From sequence record SRR31156797_15603: 34,931 nt of DNA, one strand, 5' to 3'. This document shows, piece after piece, positions 26,681 through 34,931 of this stretch. A program made the translations under genes and the position numbers. Below the pieces are notes generated by a model. That model searched no databases and had not been told where the DNA came from. It saw nothing but the letters and a program-made list of their open reading frames with translations. Numbering within the stretch: position 1 is the first letter of the stretch; each line of letters opens with the position of its first letter.

Positions 26681-27701
26681 AAAAAAATCTTTTGTTACCA
26701 CACTTTTTTTATTTTTAATTCCACTTGTTTTTTTTGCGAGCATTGTTCTTTATATGTATTATAATGATAAACTAAAAGATCTAGAGCAAACTCTTTTGTA
26801 TCAAATGAAAGATTATACCTTTGATTTTCAAGGGGACAAGTTTTCTTTAGATATTGTAGAAGAGGATAAACAAAAAGAAACCTTTAAAATTTATCATGGT
26901 AAAAATGGGCTTTATGCTTATTTTAAAATCCAATCTACTACACCATATATCTTAAAAGTAGTGTATGATAAGAAGAAGTATGATAAAGACTATAAAGAGC
27001 TTTTATCGAAGATTTTTAACTTTAGTATCGTAACTTTTATTTTTTTATTTATACTCTCTCTGGGGTTTACTATATATTCTTTGCGACCTTTGAAAGAAGC
27101 ACTTTCTCTTTTAGAAAACTTTTTAAAAGATCTGATCCATGATCTAAACACTCCTGCTACTTCTATTTTACTCAATTCTAAACTTTTAAGAAGACGTGGA
27201 GATTTTGAAGAGATCAATCGTATTGAATTGAGTGCGAAAACAATTGCATCTTTATATAAAAATCTAGAACTGATCACCCCACATCAAATAGTAAAAGATG
27301 AAACGATAGTATTAGAAAAAATAGTTGATGAGAGAGTGGAGATTTTAAAAAAGATCTATCCTAAAATAGAGTTTATAGTGCAGATGCAGCATTTTATGAT
27401 CCAAAGTAATAAAAATGCCATAGAGAGAATTATTGATAATCTTTTAACAAATGCTTGCAAATATAATAAAAAAAATGGACAAGTGAAAATATCAATTGAG
27501 AAATCCAAACTTATTATCGAAGATACAGGGATTGGGATAAAAGATACGAAAAAAGTGTTTCAACGATACTATAAAGAAAATGATTCTGGACTAGGTATCG
27601 GTATGAGTATCGTAAAGCAGTTGTGTAATATTTTAAATATTACAATCGATATAAAGAGTGAGCTAAAGAGTGGGACAAGAATAGAGCTTTGTTTTGAGTA
27701 A
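26667..27701 (+). CDS. Sensor histidine kinase with small periplasmic domain (DccS/CrdS-like)
   Basis: Two TM helices, H-box HDLNTP, N-box NLLTNACKY, DTGIGI and GLGIGMSIV. TTG start overlaps the regulator gene. Confidence 0.93.
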   Translation: MKNYEKKSFVTTLFLFLIPLVFFASIVLYMYYNDKLKDLEQTLLYQMKDYTFDFQGDKFSLDIVEEDKQKETFKIYHGKNGLYAYFKIQSTTPYILKVVYDKKKYDKDYKELLSKIFNFSIVTFIFLFILSLGFTIYSLRPLKEALSLLENFLKDLIHDLNTPATSILLNSKLLRRRGDFEEINRIELSAKTIASLYKNLELITPHQIVKDETIVLEKIVDERVEILKKIYPKIEFIVQMQHFMIQSNKNAIERIIDNLLTNACKYNKKNGQVKISIEKSKLIIEDTGIGIKDTKKVFQRYYKENDSGLGIGMSIVKQLCNILNITIDIKSELKSGTRIELCFE

Positions 27702-27705
27702 AACT

Positions 27706-27972
27706 TTAATATCGAATCTCAAACCCACGAAACTCTTCATCACATAAAGTCACATCAATACTATCAACTTGGCTTTTAGGACTCCCTTTTTCTAAAATAG
27801 CTATAAATTCATCATATCGCTTCTCTTCACAACTTACAGCAGCCTCTACAGTTCCATCTGGAAGATTTTTTACATAGCCATAAAAGTTGGCTTTGAGAGC
27901 ATTTGCTTCTACATTTTTTCTGTAGTATACCCCTTGGACTTTCCCTTTTATAATAAATTTGTAGTTTTTCAT
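27706..27972 (-). CDS. acyP: Acylphosphatase
   Basis: GKVQGVYYR, GYVKNLPDGTVE and F.IRY motifs. Confidence 0.95.
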   Translation of the reverse strand: MKNYKFIIKGKVQGVYYRKNVEANALKANFYGYVKNLPDGTVEAAVSCEEKRYDEFIAILEKGSPKSQVDSIDVTLCDEEFRGFEIRY

Positions 27973-28538
27973 TCTATCTCCTTGGAAGCTTCAAAAAATG
28001 CTAATATATCAGTAATATAGCTTTCAAAGTTTATAAAACTATGATCACCATCATCTATAATAATTTGTTTAGAATCTTTTAAATATTCTACTCCCACTTG
28101 ATAATCTAAAAGCTCATCGCCTGTTTGGGTTAAAAGAAGATAGTTTGAAGCAGTTGGAGTTGTTATTTGATATTTTTTAAGCATATTGATATGTTCTTCG
28201 TTCCATTCAAATTTACTAAGATCTCCATAGTTTAAAGCTTGTCCTATCACTTTTGAAAGGGTTACAAGTGGTTCTATTGAAGGATTAATAAGTGCAGCTT
28301 TTAGACCATATTTCTCAGCTAAATAGATACTATAGTATCCACCAAGGGATGAGCCTACTAAATAGATAGGTTCATATTTTTTAAAAGCTTCAATCAATTG
28401 AGATAAAGTATCGATAGCAAGGTCTGGTACATATGATAGGGTAGGGGCTATCACCGTATCTGTAGTAACATTTTTTCGAATGATTTGTGCTTTTATCCCA
28501 AAGCCACATCCTCCAAAGCCGTGAATGTAAAGTATCAT
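27969..28538 (-). CDS. yqiA: YqiA/YcfP-family alpha/beta hydrolase (esterase)
   Basis: YIHGF, GSSLGGYY nucleophile elbow, LINP, GDELLDY and GDHSF motifs. Confidence 0.9.
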   Translation of the reverse strand: MILYIHGFGGCGFGIKAQIIRKNVTTDTVIAPTLSYVPDLAIDTLSQLIEAFKKYEPIYLVGSSLGGYYSIYLAEKYGLKAALINPSIEPLVTLSKVIGQALNYGDLSKFEWNEEHINMLKKYQITTPTASNYLLLTQTGDELLDYQVGVEYLKDSKQIIIDDGDHSFINFESYITDILAFFEASKEIE

Positions 28539-28556
28539 CTCTTTCCTTTTTATAAT

Positions 28557-28838
28557 CTATATAATATCAGGTAGATTTTGATTAAAGATACTAATGATAA
28601 TTATGTGATCTTTATATATTTTATAAACTATGACATACCCGTTATATATCATATCCCTTGTATCTTCACTCTCATCATAGTATGATTTTCTACACTTATA
28701 TGGAAAGTTTGGAAGATTATCTATTTGTATATTTAACTCTTTTCTAAAGTTGTGCATAGCTGATATTTTATCTTTGGCAATATATTCTAAGATAACTTTT
28801 AATTCTCGTTTATATTGCTCTGATTTTTTAATGAGCAT
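28557..28838 (-). CDS. Type II toxin, RelE/ParE family
   Basis: 93 aa; L..IL.YIA.D..SA, L..FPY..R, R..I..GY.IVYKI and IF.Q pattern. Overlaps the upstream antitoxin gene by 11 bp. Confidence 0.88.
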   Translation of the reverse strand: MLIKKSEQYKRELKVILEYIAKDKISAMHNFRKELNIQIDNLPNFPYKCRKSYYDESEDTRDMIYNGYVIVYKIYKDHIIIISIFNQNLPDII

Positions 28839-29094
28839 ATTTTAAGACTAACTCTTTTTCAAACTCATCCATCTCTTTTTCAAATTCATTATTGTCATAT
28901 ATAGGTTCTTTTTTAGTTTCTATATCTTCTATAAGTTGTGTGATTCTTTCTTTTCTTCTATCAAAGTATGGATCTATTTCCAACTTTGAATCATTCATAT
29001 TCTCTAGCTCAATACTTCCTTTTGGAAACTTTTCTAAGAATTTTACAAATTGCTCATATATACTATCTTCAATTTTTAGTCTTATCATTTGCAT
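28828..29094 (-). CDS. Putative cognate antitoxin
   Basis: 88 aa, acidic C-terminus, N-terminal beta-helix (RHH-like) pattern. Directly upstream of the toxin; AAAGGA SD; TATAAT at 29149-29144. Confidence 0.75.
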   Translation of the reverse strand: MQMIRLKIEDSIYEQFVKFLEKFPKGSIELENMNDSKLEIDPYFDRRKERITQLIEDIETKKEPIYDNNEFEKEMDEFEKELVLKYAH

Positions 29095-29195
29095 TTTGTA
29101 TCCTTTTAAAGTATTGGCGTATTATTGCTAATATAGTTTAAATATTATATTCTTATTTTATTTAATAAAAAGTATAAGTTTTATTATAGTTTAAA

Positions 29196-29229
29196 GTAAT
29201 GCCCGATGGAATAAATTCACTTAGGTTAT
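29196..29229. repeat. Degenerate REP-like palindromic element
   Basis: GTAATGCCCGATG-GAATAAATTC-ACTTAGGTTAT: GAAT-AA-ATTC core with imperfect arms, relatively GC-rich within a very AT-rich spacer. Single copy in the window. Confidence 0.3.
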
Positions 29230-29762
29230 AAAAAATATCCCATAAGCCATCCAAAACCAAAACCTATTAAGTGAGCATACCAAGCTACTGGCATACCAAG
29301 AAGTAGGGGAGCAAAGGATATCAATAGCACCCACATAATGATCCCTTTTCTTTGATAAGTGTCTTTTAATGCAAACCATCCAAGTAGTACACTTATCGCT
29401 CCACTTGCTCCTACTAAATTTGCCCAATCCCCTGTAAGATACATATAGGCTATACTTCCAACTGAAGTTAAAAGTCCACCTATAAAATATAAAGAGAGAT
29501 ATTTAAAAACTCCTAAATGGGTCTCTATCATATTTCCAAATTGATACAAGATAAACATATTCATAAAAAGATGGAAAAATCCACCATGGACAAACATTGT
29601 TGAGAGGAGTTGATGGTAAAGTTCATATTGGAAGAAAAAGATATTAAGACCAAAGTATAAAGAACCATTTTCTAAGGTATTTTGTACACCAAACATAATA
29701 AGGTTGGCTAGAATAATAAGGTTGGTGAAGCTTATAACTTTATTTTGAGGTTGTATTATCAT
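29226..29762 (-). CDS. Rhomboid intramembrane serine protease
   Basis: MFVHGG..HL.MNM, VGASGA (catalytic Ser) and AHLIG (catalytic His); about six TM segments. Confidence 0.93.
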   Translation of the reverse strand: MIIQPQNKVISFTNLIILANLIMFGVQNTLENGSLYFGLNIFFFQYELYHQLLSTMFVHGGFFHLFMNMFILYQFGNMIETHLGVFKYLSLYFIGGLLTSVGSIAYMYLTGDWANLVGASGAISVLLGWFALKDTYQRKGIIMWVLLISFAPLLLGMPVAWYAHLIGFGFGWLMGYFL

Positions 29763-30045
29763 TTAGTTGTTCCTCATCAATATTGTTGAGTTTATGGGAG
29801 AGGGCTATTTGTTTTTCACGCTCCATAAAATACTCTTGACGTTTTTTCTCTTCAATGCTCATCTCTTTTGTAGGTTCTTGTTCAGGTTTTGGTTGGATAT
29901 AAGTAGTATAGATAAGGATCACTAAACTAATAGTAACTATGGTCATCAAAGCATAGATATTATTTAAGACAAGGCTATGAGGTTTTTGAACCTTATAACC
30001 TTCTCTTTGGAGTTTTTTAATCCTCTGCAGTCTATCTATAGCCAT
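29740..30045 (-). CDS. Hypothetical single-pass membrane protein
   Basis: Basic N-terminus, one TM helix, charged C-terminus. Start overlaps the lon stop. Confidence 0.75.
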   Translation of the reverse strand: MAIDRLQRIKKLQREGYKVQKPHSLVLNNIYALMTIVTISLVILIYTTYIQPKPEQEPTKEMSIEEKKRQEYFMEREKQIALSHKLNNIDEEQLNDNTTSK

Positions 30046-32387
30046 TACTCTACAAGACCGTGCTGGAGCACCTCTTCGATTCTTTTTACTGGCACAATCT
30101 CAAGATTTTCTTTTACTTCATCTGGGATATCTTTTAGATCCCGTTTATAGTTTTTCTCAGGGATCAATACTTTTGTCATTTTTGCTTTATATGCAGCGAT
30201 AAGCTTCTCTTTAAGTCCACCAATTGGAAGCACTTTTCCTGTAAGAGTAATCTCTCCAGTCATAGCTAAAGAGGAGTCTACTTTTTTATCAGTTAATATT
30301 GATGCGATTACTAAAGACATTGCAATACCTGCACTTGGTCCATCTTTTGGTGTAGCACCCTCTGGGATATGCATATGGATATCTTTATCTTTAAAAGTTC
30401 CACCTTTGATCTTTTTACGATCAATCAAACCTTTTACAACACTATGGGCGATTCGTGCTGATTCTTTCATCACATCACCCATATTTCCTGTAAGGCTTAA
30501 GACCCCTTTACCCTCAAACTTAGCTGCTTCAATTTTTAATACATCTCCACCCACACTTGTCCATGCTAGACCATTTACTACTCCTACAGAGTTTGTTTTA
30601 TCTGCTGGGTCAATCTCAAAAATTGGACTATCAAGATACTCTTCTATGTTTTTTGTATTGATCGTTACTTTTTTCAGTTCACTATCTACTAGGAGCTCTT
30701 TAGCTGCTTTTCTATAGAGTTTACTAAATACACGACGTAGGTTTCTTACCCCCGCTTCTCGTGTAAACTTTTCAATTATAGTTTCAATAGTTGCTTTACT
30801 AAGAGTCACTTCACTTTTTTTCAAACCATGCTTTTTAAGCTCTTGTGGGATCAAATAGTTATTTGCTATTTCAAGTTTTTCATTTGGTGTGTAACTACTG
30901 ATCTCAATAAACTCCATTCTATCTTTTAATGGAGCAGGGATTCTGCTTGCATTATTTGCAGTTGCAATAAAGATACAAGAGCTTAGATCAATAGCAAAGT
31001 TGAGATACAAGTCCCTAAATTCATGGTTTTGTTCAGGATCAAGGATCTCTAACATCACAGCACTTGGATCTCCCCTATGGTTTGCCCCAATCTTATCGAT
31101 CTCATCAAGGACTACTACAGGGTTCATTTTTTTAGCAGTTGTAAGACCATGTACGATTCTACCAGGCATTGCTCCTATATATGTACGTCTATGACCTCGA
31201 AGTTCATTTACATCTTCCATCCCACCAAGAGCAATTCGTACAAGTGGACGATCTAGTGCGTTTGCTATAGAGTTTGCCAAACTTGTTTTCCCAACCCCTG
31301 GAGGTCCCACAAAACATAAAACCGTACTATTGTCTCTTTTTACAGGGACTTCTCTTTGTTGTAAAAGCTGTTTTACTGCGAAATATTCTATAATCCTATT
31401 TTTAGGTTCATTCAACGCATAATGATCAGTATTAAGCTGGTCTTCCACATCATTGATCTCAAATTTATCTTGCGAGTATCTTCCAAAAGGGATATCAAGA
31501 ACATTTTCAATAAAGGTTTGTAAAATAGAAGCATCTCCACTATCTGGGTGCATTCTACTTAGTTTATCGATCTGTTTTTTTGTCTCTTTAAATCCAGCTT
31601 TTGGCATATGTTTTCTAATAGCTTTTAGCTTTCTTCTAAATCGTTCTATCTCTTTATCTTTTGCATTATCACTTCCAAGCTCTTTTTGGATCGTTCGAAG
31701 TTGCTCTTTTAAAAAGTAGTCTTTTTGATGTTTATCAAGATTTGATGTTACTTTTTTATTGATCTCATTTTTTAGTTTAAAGTTATTGATATCACTTTTG
31801 ATATGCTCAATGATTCCTAAAAGTCTATTGACAATATTAGCCTCTTTAAAAAGTTGGTAGGCATCTTCATTTGAGATCTGCAATACTGATGATACGAGAT
31901 CTGCTATTCGAACTGGATCTGAGCTTTCTTGAATCGTTTTGATAAGATCTACTGGAAACTTTGAATTAAGTTTTGAAAGACGATCGATATTAGTTTTTAA
32001 AACTTCTAAAATCACCTTGATCTCTTTTTCATCATGTGGCTCATTTTTCAGTACATCAACCACACCCATTAAAGGAGATCCATTGACAACCTCTTCTATT
32101 TTTACTTTTTCTAAACCTTGGAAAAGTACTTTGATCCTTCCATCAGGAAGGGTGATCTTTCTCATTATATTTCCAACTACAGCCACATCATAAAACTCAC
32201 TGCCATCTTTACTCTTAGATACGGCTACTGTGATGAGTTTATTATGTTCTATTGCATACTCTACTGCGTGGATATTTTGTTCATCACCAATAAATATGGG
32301 AGCTATCATAAATGGATATAAAAATATGCTCTCCTCTACAAGTATTGGTAATCTATCTGGAAAATTATCGTAATCTGTTAATTTCAT
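30045..32387 (-). CDS. lon: ATP-dependent protease La (Lon)
   Basis: GPPGVGKTS Walker A, GHRRTYIGAMPG, LDEIDK, GLAWT.VGG, PKDGPSAG (catalytic Ser) and IGGLKEK motifs. Confidence 0.98.
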   Translation of the reverse strand: MKLTDYDNFPDRLPILVEESIFLYPFMIAPIFIGDEQNIHAVEYAIEHNKLITVAVSKSKDGSEFYDVAVVGNIMRKITLPDGRIKVLFQGLEKVKIEEVVNGSPLMGVVDVLKNEPHDEKEIKVILEVLKTNIDRLSKLNSKFPVDLIKTIQESSDPVRIADLVSSVLQISNEDAYQLFKEANIVNRLLGIIEHIKSDINNFKLKNEINKKVTSNLDKHQKDYFLKEQLRTIQKELGSDNAKDKEIERFRRKLKAIRKHMPKAGFKETKKQIDKLSRMHPDSGDASILQTFIENVLDIPFGRYSQDKFEINDVEDQLNTDHYALNEPKNRIIEYFAVKQLLQQREVPVKRDNSTVLCFVGPPGVGKTSLANSIANALDRPLVRIALGGMEDVNELRGHRRTYIGAMPGRIVHGLTTAKKMNPVVVLDEIDKIGANHRGDPSAVMLEILDPEQNHEFRDLYLNFAIDLSSCIFIATANNASRIPAPLKDRMEFIEISSYTPNEKLEIANNYLIPQELKKHGLKKSEVTLSKATIETIIEKFTREAGVRNLRRVFSKLYRKAAKELLVDSELKKVTINTKNIEEYLDSPIFEIDPADKTNSVGVVNGLAWTSVGGDVLKIEAAKFEGKGVLSLTGNMGDVMKESARIAHSVVKGLIDRKKIKGGTFKDKDIHMHIPEGATPKDGPSAGIAMSLVIASILTDKKVDSSLAMTGEITLTGKVLPIGGLKEKLIAAYKAKMTKVLIPEKNYKRDLKDIPDEVKENLEIVPVKRIEEVLQHGLVE

Positions 32388-32402
32388 ATATTCTTTAACC
32401 TT

Positions 32403-33056
32403 TTATTCAAAAATTGATCTATACCAAGGGATATTTGGTTCTTCTATTCTGTCATATTCTTTCCATTTTTCAGCCGCTTTTTCTTCATAGAACTTTTTAG
32501 CTTCAGGCTTATCTATTCTTCCATACAGTTCAGCAATCTCTTTATTAAAAAGTGCTTGTGCCATTAGAAGTCTAGATTTGATTGTTTGTACTAAATGTAC
32601 ATACTCAGATCGTGGATATCTCATAAGAAACTCATTAGTTTGAGCAAGTGTCTCAGTGAGAAGTTTTTGTTCTCTAAATTGTCTTGAAAATGCTAAAAAG
32701 TTTGATTTGATCTTTAGATAACGGATATAATCTGCATCTTTTTGCAAACTAAATCTTTTAAGATATTCATCAAAATAAAAGTTTGCCATCTGGTACTCTT
32801 CCTCTTCCATATGGGCAGTTGCTATGATCATCATAGCACTTGGAAGTAAAGGTGAGTTTCTATGTTCTGATTCTAAAGAGGTAAAGGTATCATCAGCATC
32901 ATCAAGTCTTGAGTTTGAAACCTGTTTGATCATTTTATTATACCAGTAAATTGCAGGTTTATTATACTCTTGTACACCACCTGATTTTTGAGAACATCCT
33001 AAAAATAGAATACTAAGTGTACTTAAAATAAATAGATTTAAAACAACTCTTTTCAT
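32403..33056 (-). CDS. bamD: Outer membrane protein assembly lipoprotein BamD
   Basis: Lipobox FLGC, TPR-like helices (SEH..SP, YP.S.Y), C-terminal PWYR.IFE; upstream of lon as in other Campylobacterota. Confidence 0.88.
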   Translation of the reverse strand: MKRVVLNLFILSTLSILFLGCSQKSGGVQEYNKPAIYWYNKMIKQVSNSRLDDADDTFTSLESEHRNSPLLPSAMMIIATAHMEEEEYQMANFYFDEYLKRFSLQKDADYIRYLKIKSNFLAFSRQFREQKLLTETLAQTNEFLMRYPRSEYVHLVQTIKSRLLMAQALFNKEIAELYGRIDKPEAKKFYEEKAAEKWKEYDRIEEPNIPWYRSIFE

Positions 33057-33113
33057 TGAATCCCTTCGTATTGTAAAATAAAAGAAGATTCTATCCTATC
33101 TATCCATAAAATC

Positions 33114-34574
33114 TTATATGATAAGAAGAATAACTCCTAGAATAAGTATAAATAATACACTTCCATATTCTAAAATCTTTACAAGTGTATGGTTAGTTGA
33201 AGCTGTTTTTCGTATCTTGACACTAATAAGCGCTGTTAAAAATATCACCAAAGACATCCCTAGACTCATAAATACAGCACTTAAAAATCCTACAAAATAG
33301 ATCCCAAGTCCCATGGTAAATATAAAAACTGTTACAGTCCCAGGGCATGGTACCAATCCTGCTGCTAAGATGATCCCTATATCAGTACTTTGGGTTTGAC
33401 AACCACTACAACTACAAGAGAAACTATTTGTATGTATATTTTTAGAGGATGTGGTTTTTACAAAAGATGGTTGGTCATTTGCTACAGAAAAAGCTAAGGG
33501 TTTTTTATAGTTCCTTGTAAGCTTTTGATATAAAAGATATAAAGCTATAAGGATAATGATCCCAGCACTTACTTTTACAGCCATCTGTTCCACATCGGTG
33601 ATAAAAGAGCTTAGAAGTGTACCTATGACATAATAAACTATAAGTGTTAAAATAAACGCAGAAAAGGTATGTACTACTCCAATCATTGAAGAGATACTCA
33701 ATGCTTTCATATAAGATCTATTTTGTCCAAGAAAATAGCTGCTAATAAGTGTCTTTCCATGACCTGGTCCCATAGCATGAATTACCCCATAAACAAAAGA
33801 GAAAAAGAGAAGCCACAAATAACTGCTAAGGGAATTGTTTTGTTTAATATCTTGCAAGTTTTGCTCTAATAAGTCTTTTATATTCTCTAATACTTCACTT
33901 AAATACTGCAAAATACTTTTATCTTCTTGTACGGGCTTAACCTCTTTATCTATTTCCATCTTCTGAGGAAGCTCTTGGATGGATAATACTTTTGGCTCTA
34001 AGTTTGTGATTGTAGGGTTTTCATAAAAGTAGATAGTTGTATGGGCAAACTCTGGTTTTATCATTTTAAACTTATCATAGTTTTTTAAAATAATATCTTT
34101 CATTTTAAAATCAAAATTTCCACCATCATCAAAGTGGGTAACAAAAAGCTTATGGTCTGGTTTTAAGATAATAGGGATATCTATATTGTATTCATATACC
34201 ATTGCATCATTTTCATCAAATGTTAATCTGGTAAAATTTAATGAAGATTTTTCAATATATTGTTTTGAAAACTCCTCATTTTTTGTTAAGTATTCAACAT
34301 TGAGAAGATAGTGTAATGGGATGATATACTCTTCAATACTCTGTTTGATGGCATCACGCTCAGCTCTTTCAAAACTATTATTACTATTAACATCATAAAC
34401 TGTCAATGCTTTATTAAACTCTGGATGAAACTGCCATTTAATATCAAAAGTAGTAGAATTTTCTTTTGAGATAATTGTAGTATATACAGCAACTTGTGGG
34501 ACGGAAACTGCACACATAGTACAGGCTAACAGATTATAAGATATAATTAAAATTAATATTAAAGATTTGAACAT
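33114..34574 (-). CDS. Nickel/cobalt transporter (RcnA/NicO family) fused to an N-terminal DUF1007-like periplasmic domain
   Basis: YGVIHAMGPGHGK and GLVPCPG signatures with six TM segments. N-terminal signal peptide, CTMC, W.F and D.N.N..F.E motifs. Confidence 0.85.
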   Translation of the reverse strand: MFKSLILILIISYNLLACTMCAVSVPQVAVYTTIISKENSTTFDIKWQFHPEFNKALTVYDVNSNNSFERAERDAIKQSIEEYIIPLHYLLNVEYLTKNEEFSKQYIEKSSLNFTRLTFDENDAMVYEYNIDIPIILKPDHKLFVTHFDDGGNFDFKMKDIILKNYDKFKMIKPEFAHTTIYFYENPTITNLEPKVLSIQELPQKMEIDKEVKPVQEDKSILQYLSEVLENIKDLLEQNLQDIKQNNSLSSYLWLLFFSFVYGVIHAMGPGHGKTLISSYFLGQNRSYMKALSISSMIGVVHTFSAFILTLIVYYVIGTLLSSFITDVEQMAVKVSAGIIILIALYLLYQKLTRNYKKPLAFSVANDQPSFVKTTSSKNIHTNSFSCSCSGCQTQSTDIGIILAAGLVPCPGTVTVFIFTMGLGIYFVGFLSAVFMSLGMSLVIFLTALISVKIRKTASTNHTLVKILEYGSVLFILILGVILLII

Positions 34575-34588
34575 AATATAATTCTATA

Positions 34589-34931
34589 CTATTTTAGTTT
34601 ATTTATAGCTAAAAAAACAATAAGAGAGAGTGCACTTACTATAATAATACTCGCTCCACTTGTAATATCAAACTGGTATGAAAGGTAGAGACCTACCATA
34701 GTAAAAAGTGTTGAAAGAACACCTGAGTAGATCATCATCACTCCAAGAGAGCGAGAGAGTTTTTCAGCTATATAAATAGGAATAGTAAGTAATGCAATCA
34801 CAAGAATAAGTCCTACAACTTTTATTGCAACTACTACAGTTAAAGCTGAAAGGATAAGGATAAGTGTATAAAAAAATGGAACATTTATCCCCCGTAAGGT
34901 AGCATATTCACTATCATAAGATACTGCTAAA
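34589..34931 (-). CDS. znuB: Metal ABC transporter permease ZnuB/MntB, C-terminal part (5' end outside window)
   Basis: Frame open to the window end: LAVSYDSEYATLRGINV...AIKVVGLILVIALLTIP...G..LSY.FD..SGA.I. Confidence 0.88.
   Translation of the reverse strand, partial: LAVSYDSEYATLRGINVPFFYTLILILSALTVVVAIKVVGLILVIALLTIPIYIAEKLSRSLGVMMIYSGVLSTLFTMVGLYLSYQFDITSGASIIIVSALSLIVFLAINKLK

Noticed and set aside
29192-29207. Sigma28-like TAAAG...CCGAT
   Set aside because: Spacing is far shorter than the roughly 15 nt required, and no plus-strand gene follows.
29221-29427. 68-aa alternative-frame ORF within the rhomboid gene (also 22604-22819 within the glycosyltransferase)
   Set aside because: Out-of-frame overlap with an intact gene, no SD and no recognisable motif.
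880-33300. Numerous 60-104 aa antisense ORFs in the track (for example 880-1110, 6908-7180, 16053-16352, 23958-24272, 30406-30717)
   Set aside because: They lie opposite well-supported genes, have the S/F/L/I-rich composition expected from reverse-complemented K/E-rich coding DNA, and lack SD sites.
1-34931. CRISPR array, rRNA, tRNA, transposase or integrase
   Set aside because: No regularly spaced identical repeats, no GC-rich structured RNA-like segment in the intergenic gaps, and no ORF with DDE, HUH or recombinase motifs was seen.

Overview
AT-rich (roughly 30% GC by eye) chromosomal window from a Campylobacterota bacterium, most like a free-living Arcobacteraceae/Sulfurimonas-type organism. 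This is inferred from gene order (rluA-family/flpA/trmB/ftsEX/envC; hemB divergent from ribA-rsmG; bamD-lon), an H. pylori-type Mqo, and extended TGnTATAAT promoters. Most of it is housekeeping: RNA modification, cell division, glyS, haem and riboflavin synthesis, a quinone-detoxification cluster, mqo, lon/bamD and metal transport. No rRNA, tRNA, CRISPR array or transposase was seen. Four accessory patches stand out. (1) Best candidate for an undescribed system: a GATC-free ~1.5 kb islet (23442-24963) holding a RhuM relic, a truncated RhuM gene and an intact ORF6N + PLD-like gene. Each carries its own different 25-nt DNA palindrome inside the coding sequence, and both RhuM pieces break just after the palindrome at a shared 25-bp stop/RBS/start junction. 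(2) A two-component system with two divergently encoded paralogous small secreted proteins, a lipoprotein and an 11-bp-period direct-repeat promoter. (3) A two-gene operon of unknown acidic proteins with EF-hand-like motifs, whose promoter has the same direct-repeat geometry. (4) A RelE/ParE toxin-antitoxin pair next to a REP-like element. Two small ORFs missing from the ORF track were also found. All family assignments come from motif recognition; no database searches were run.
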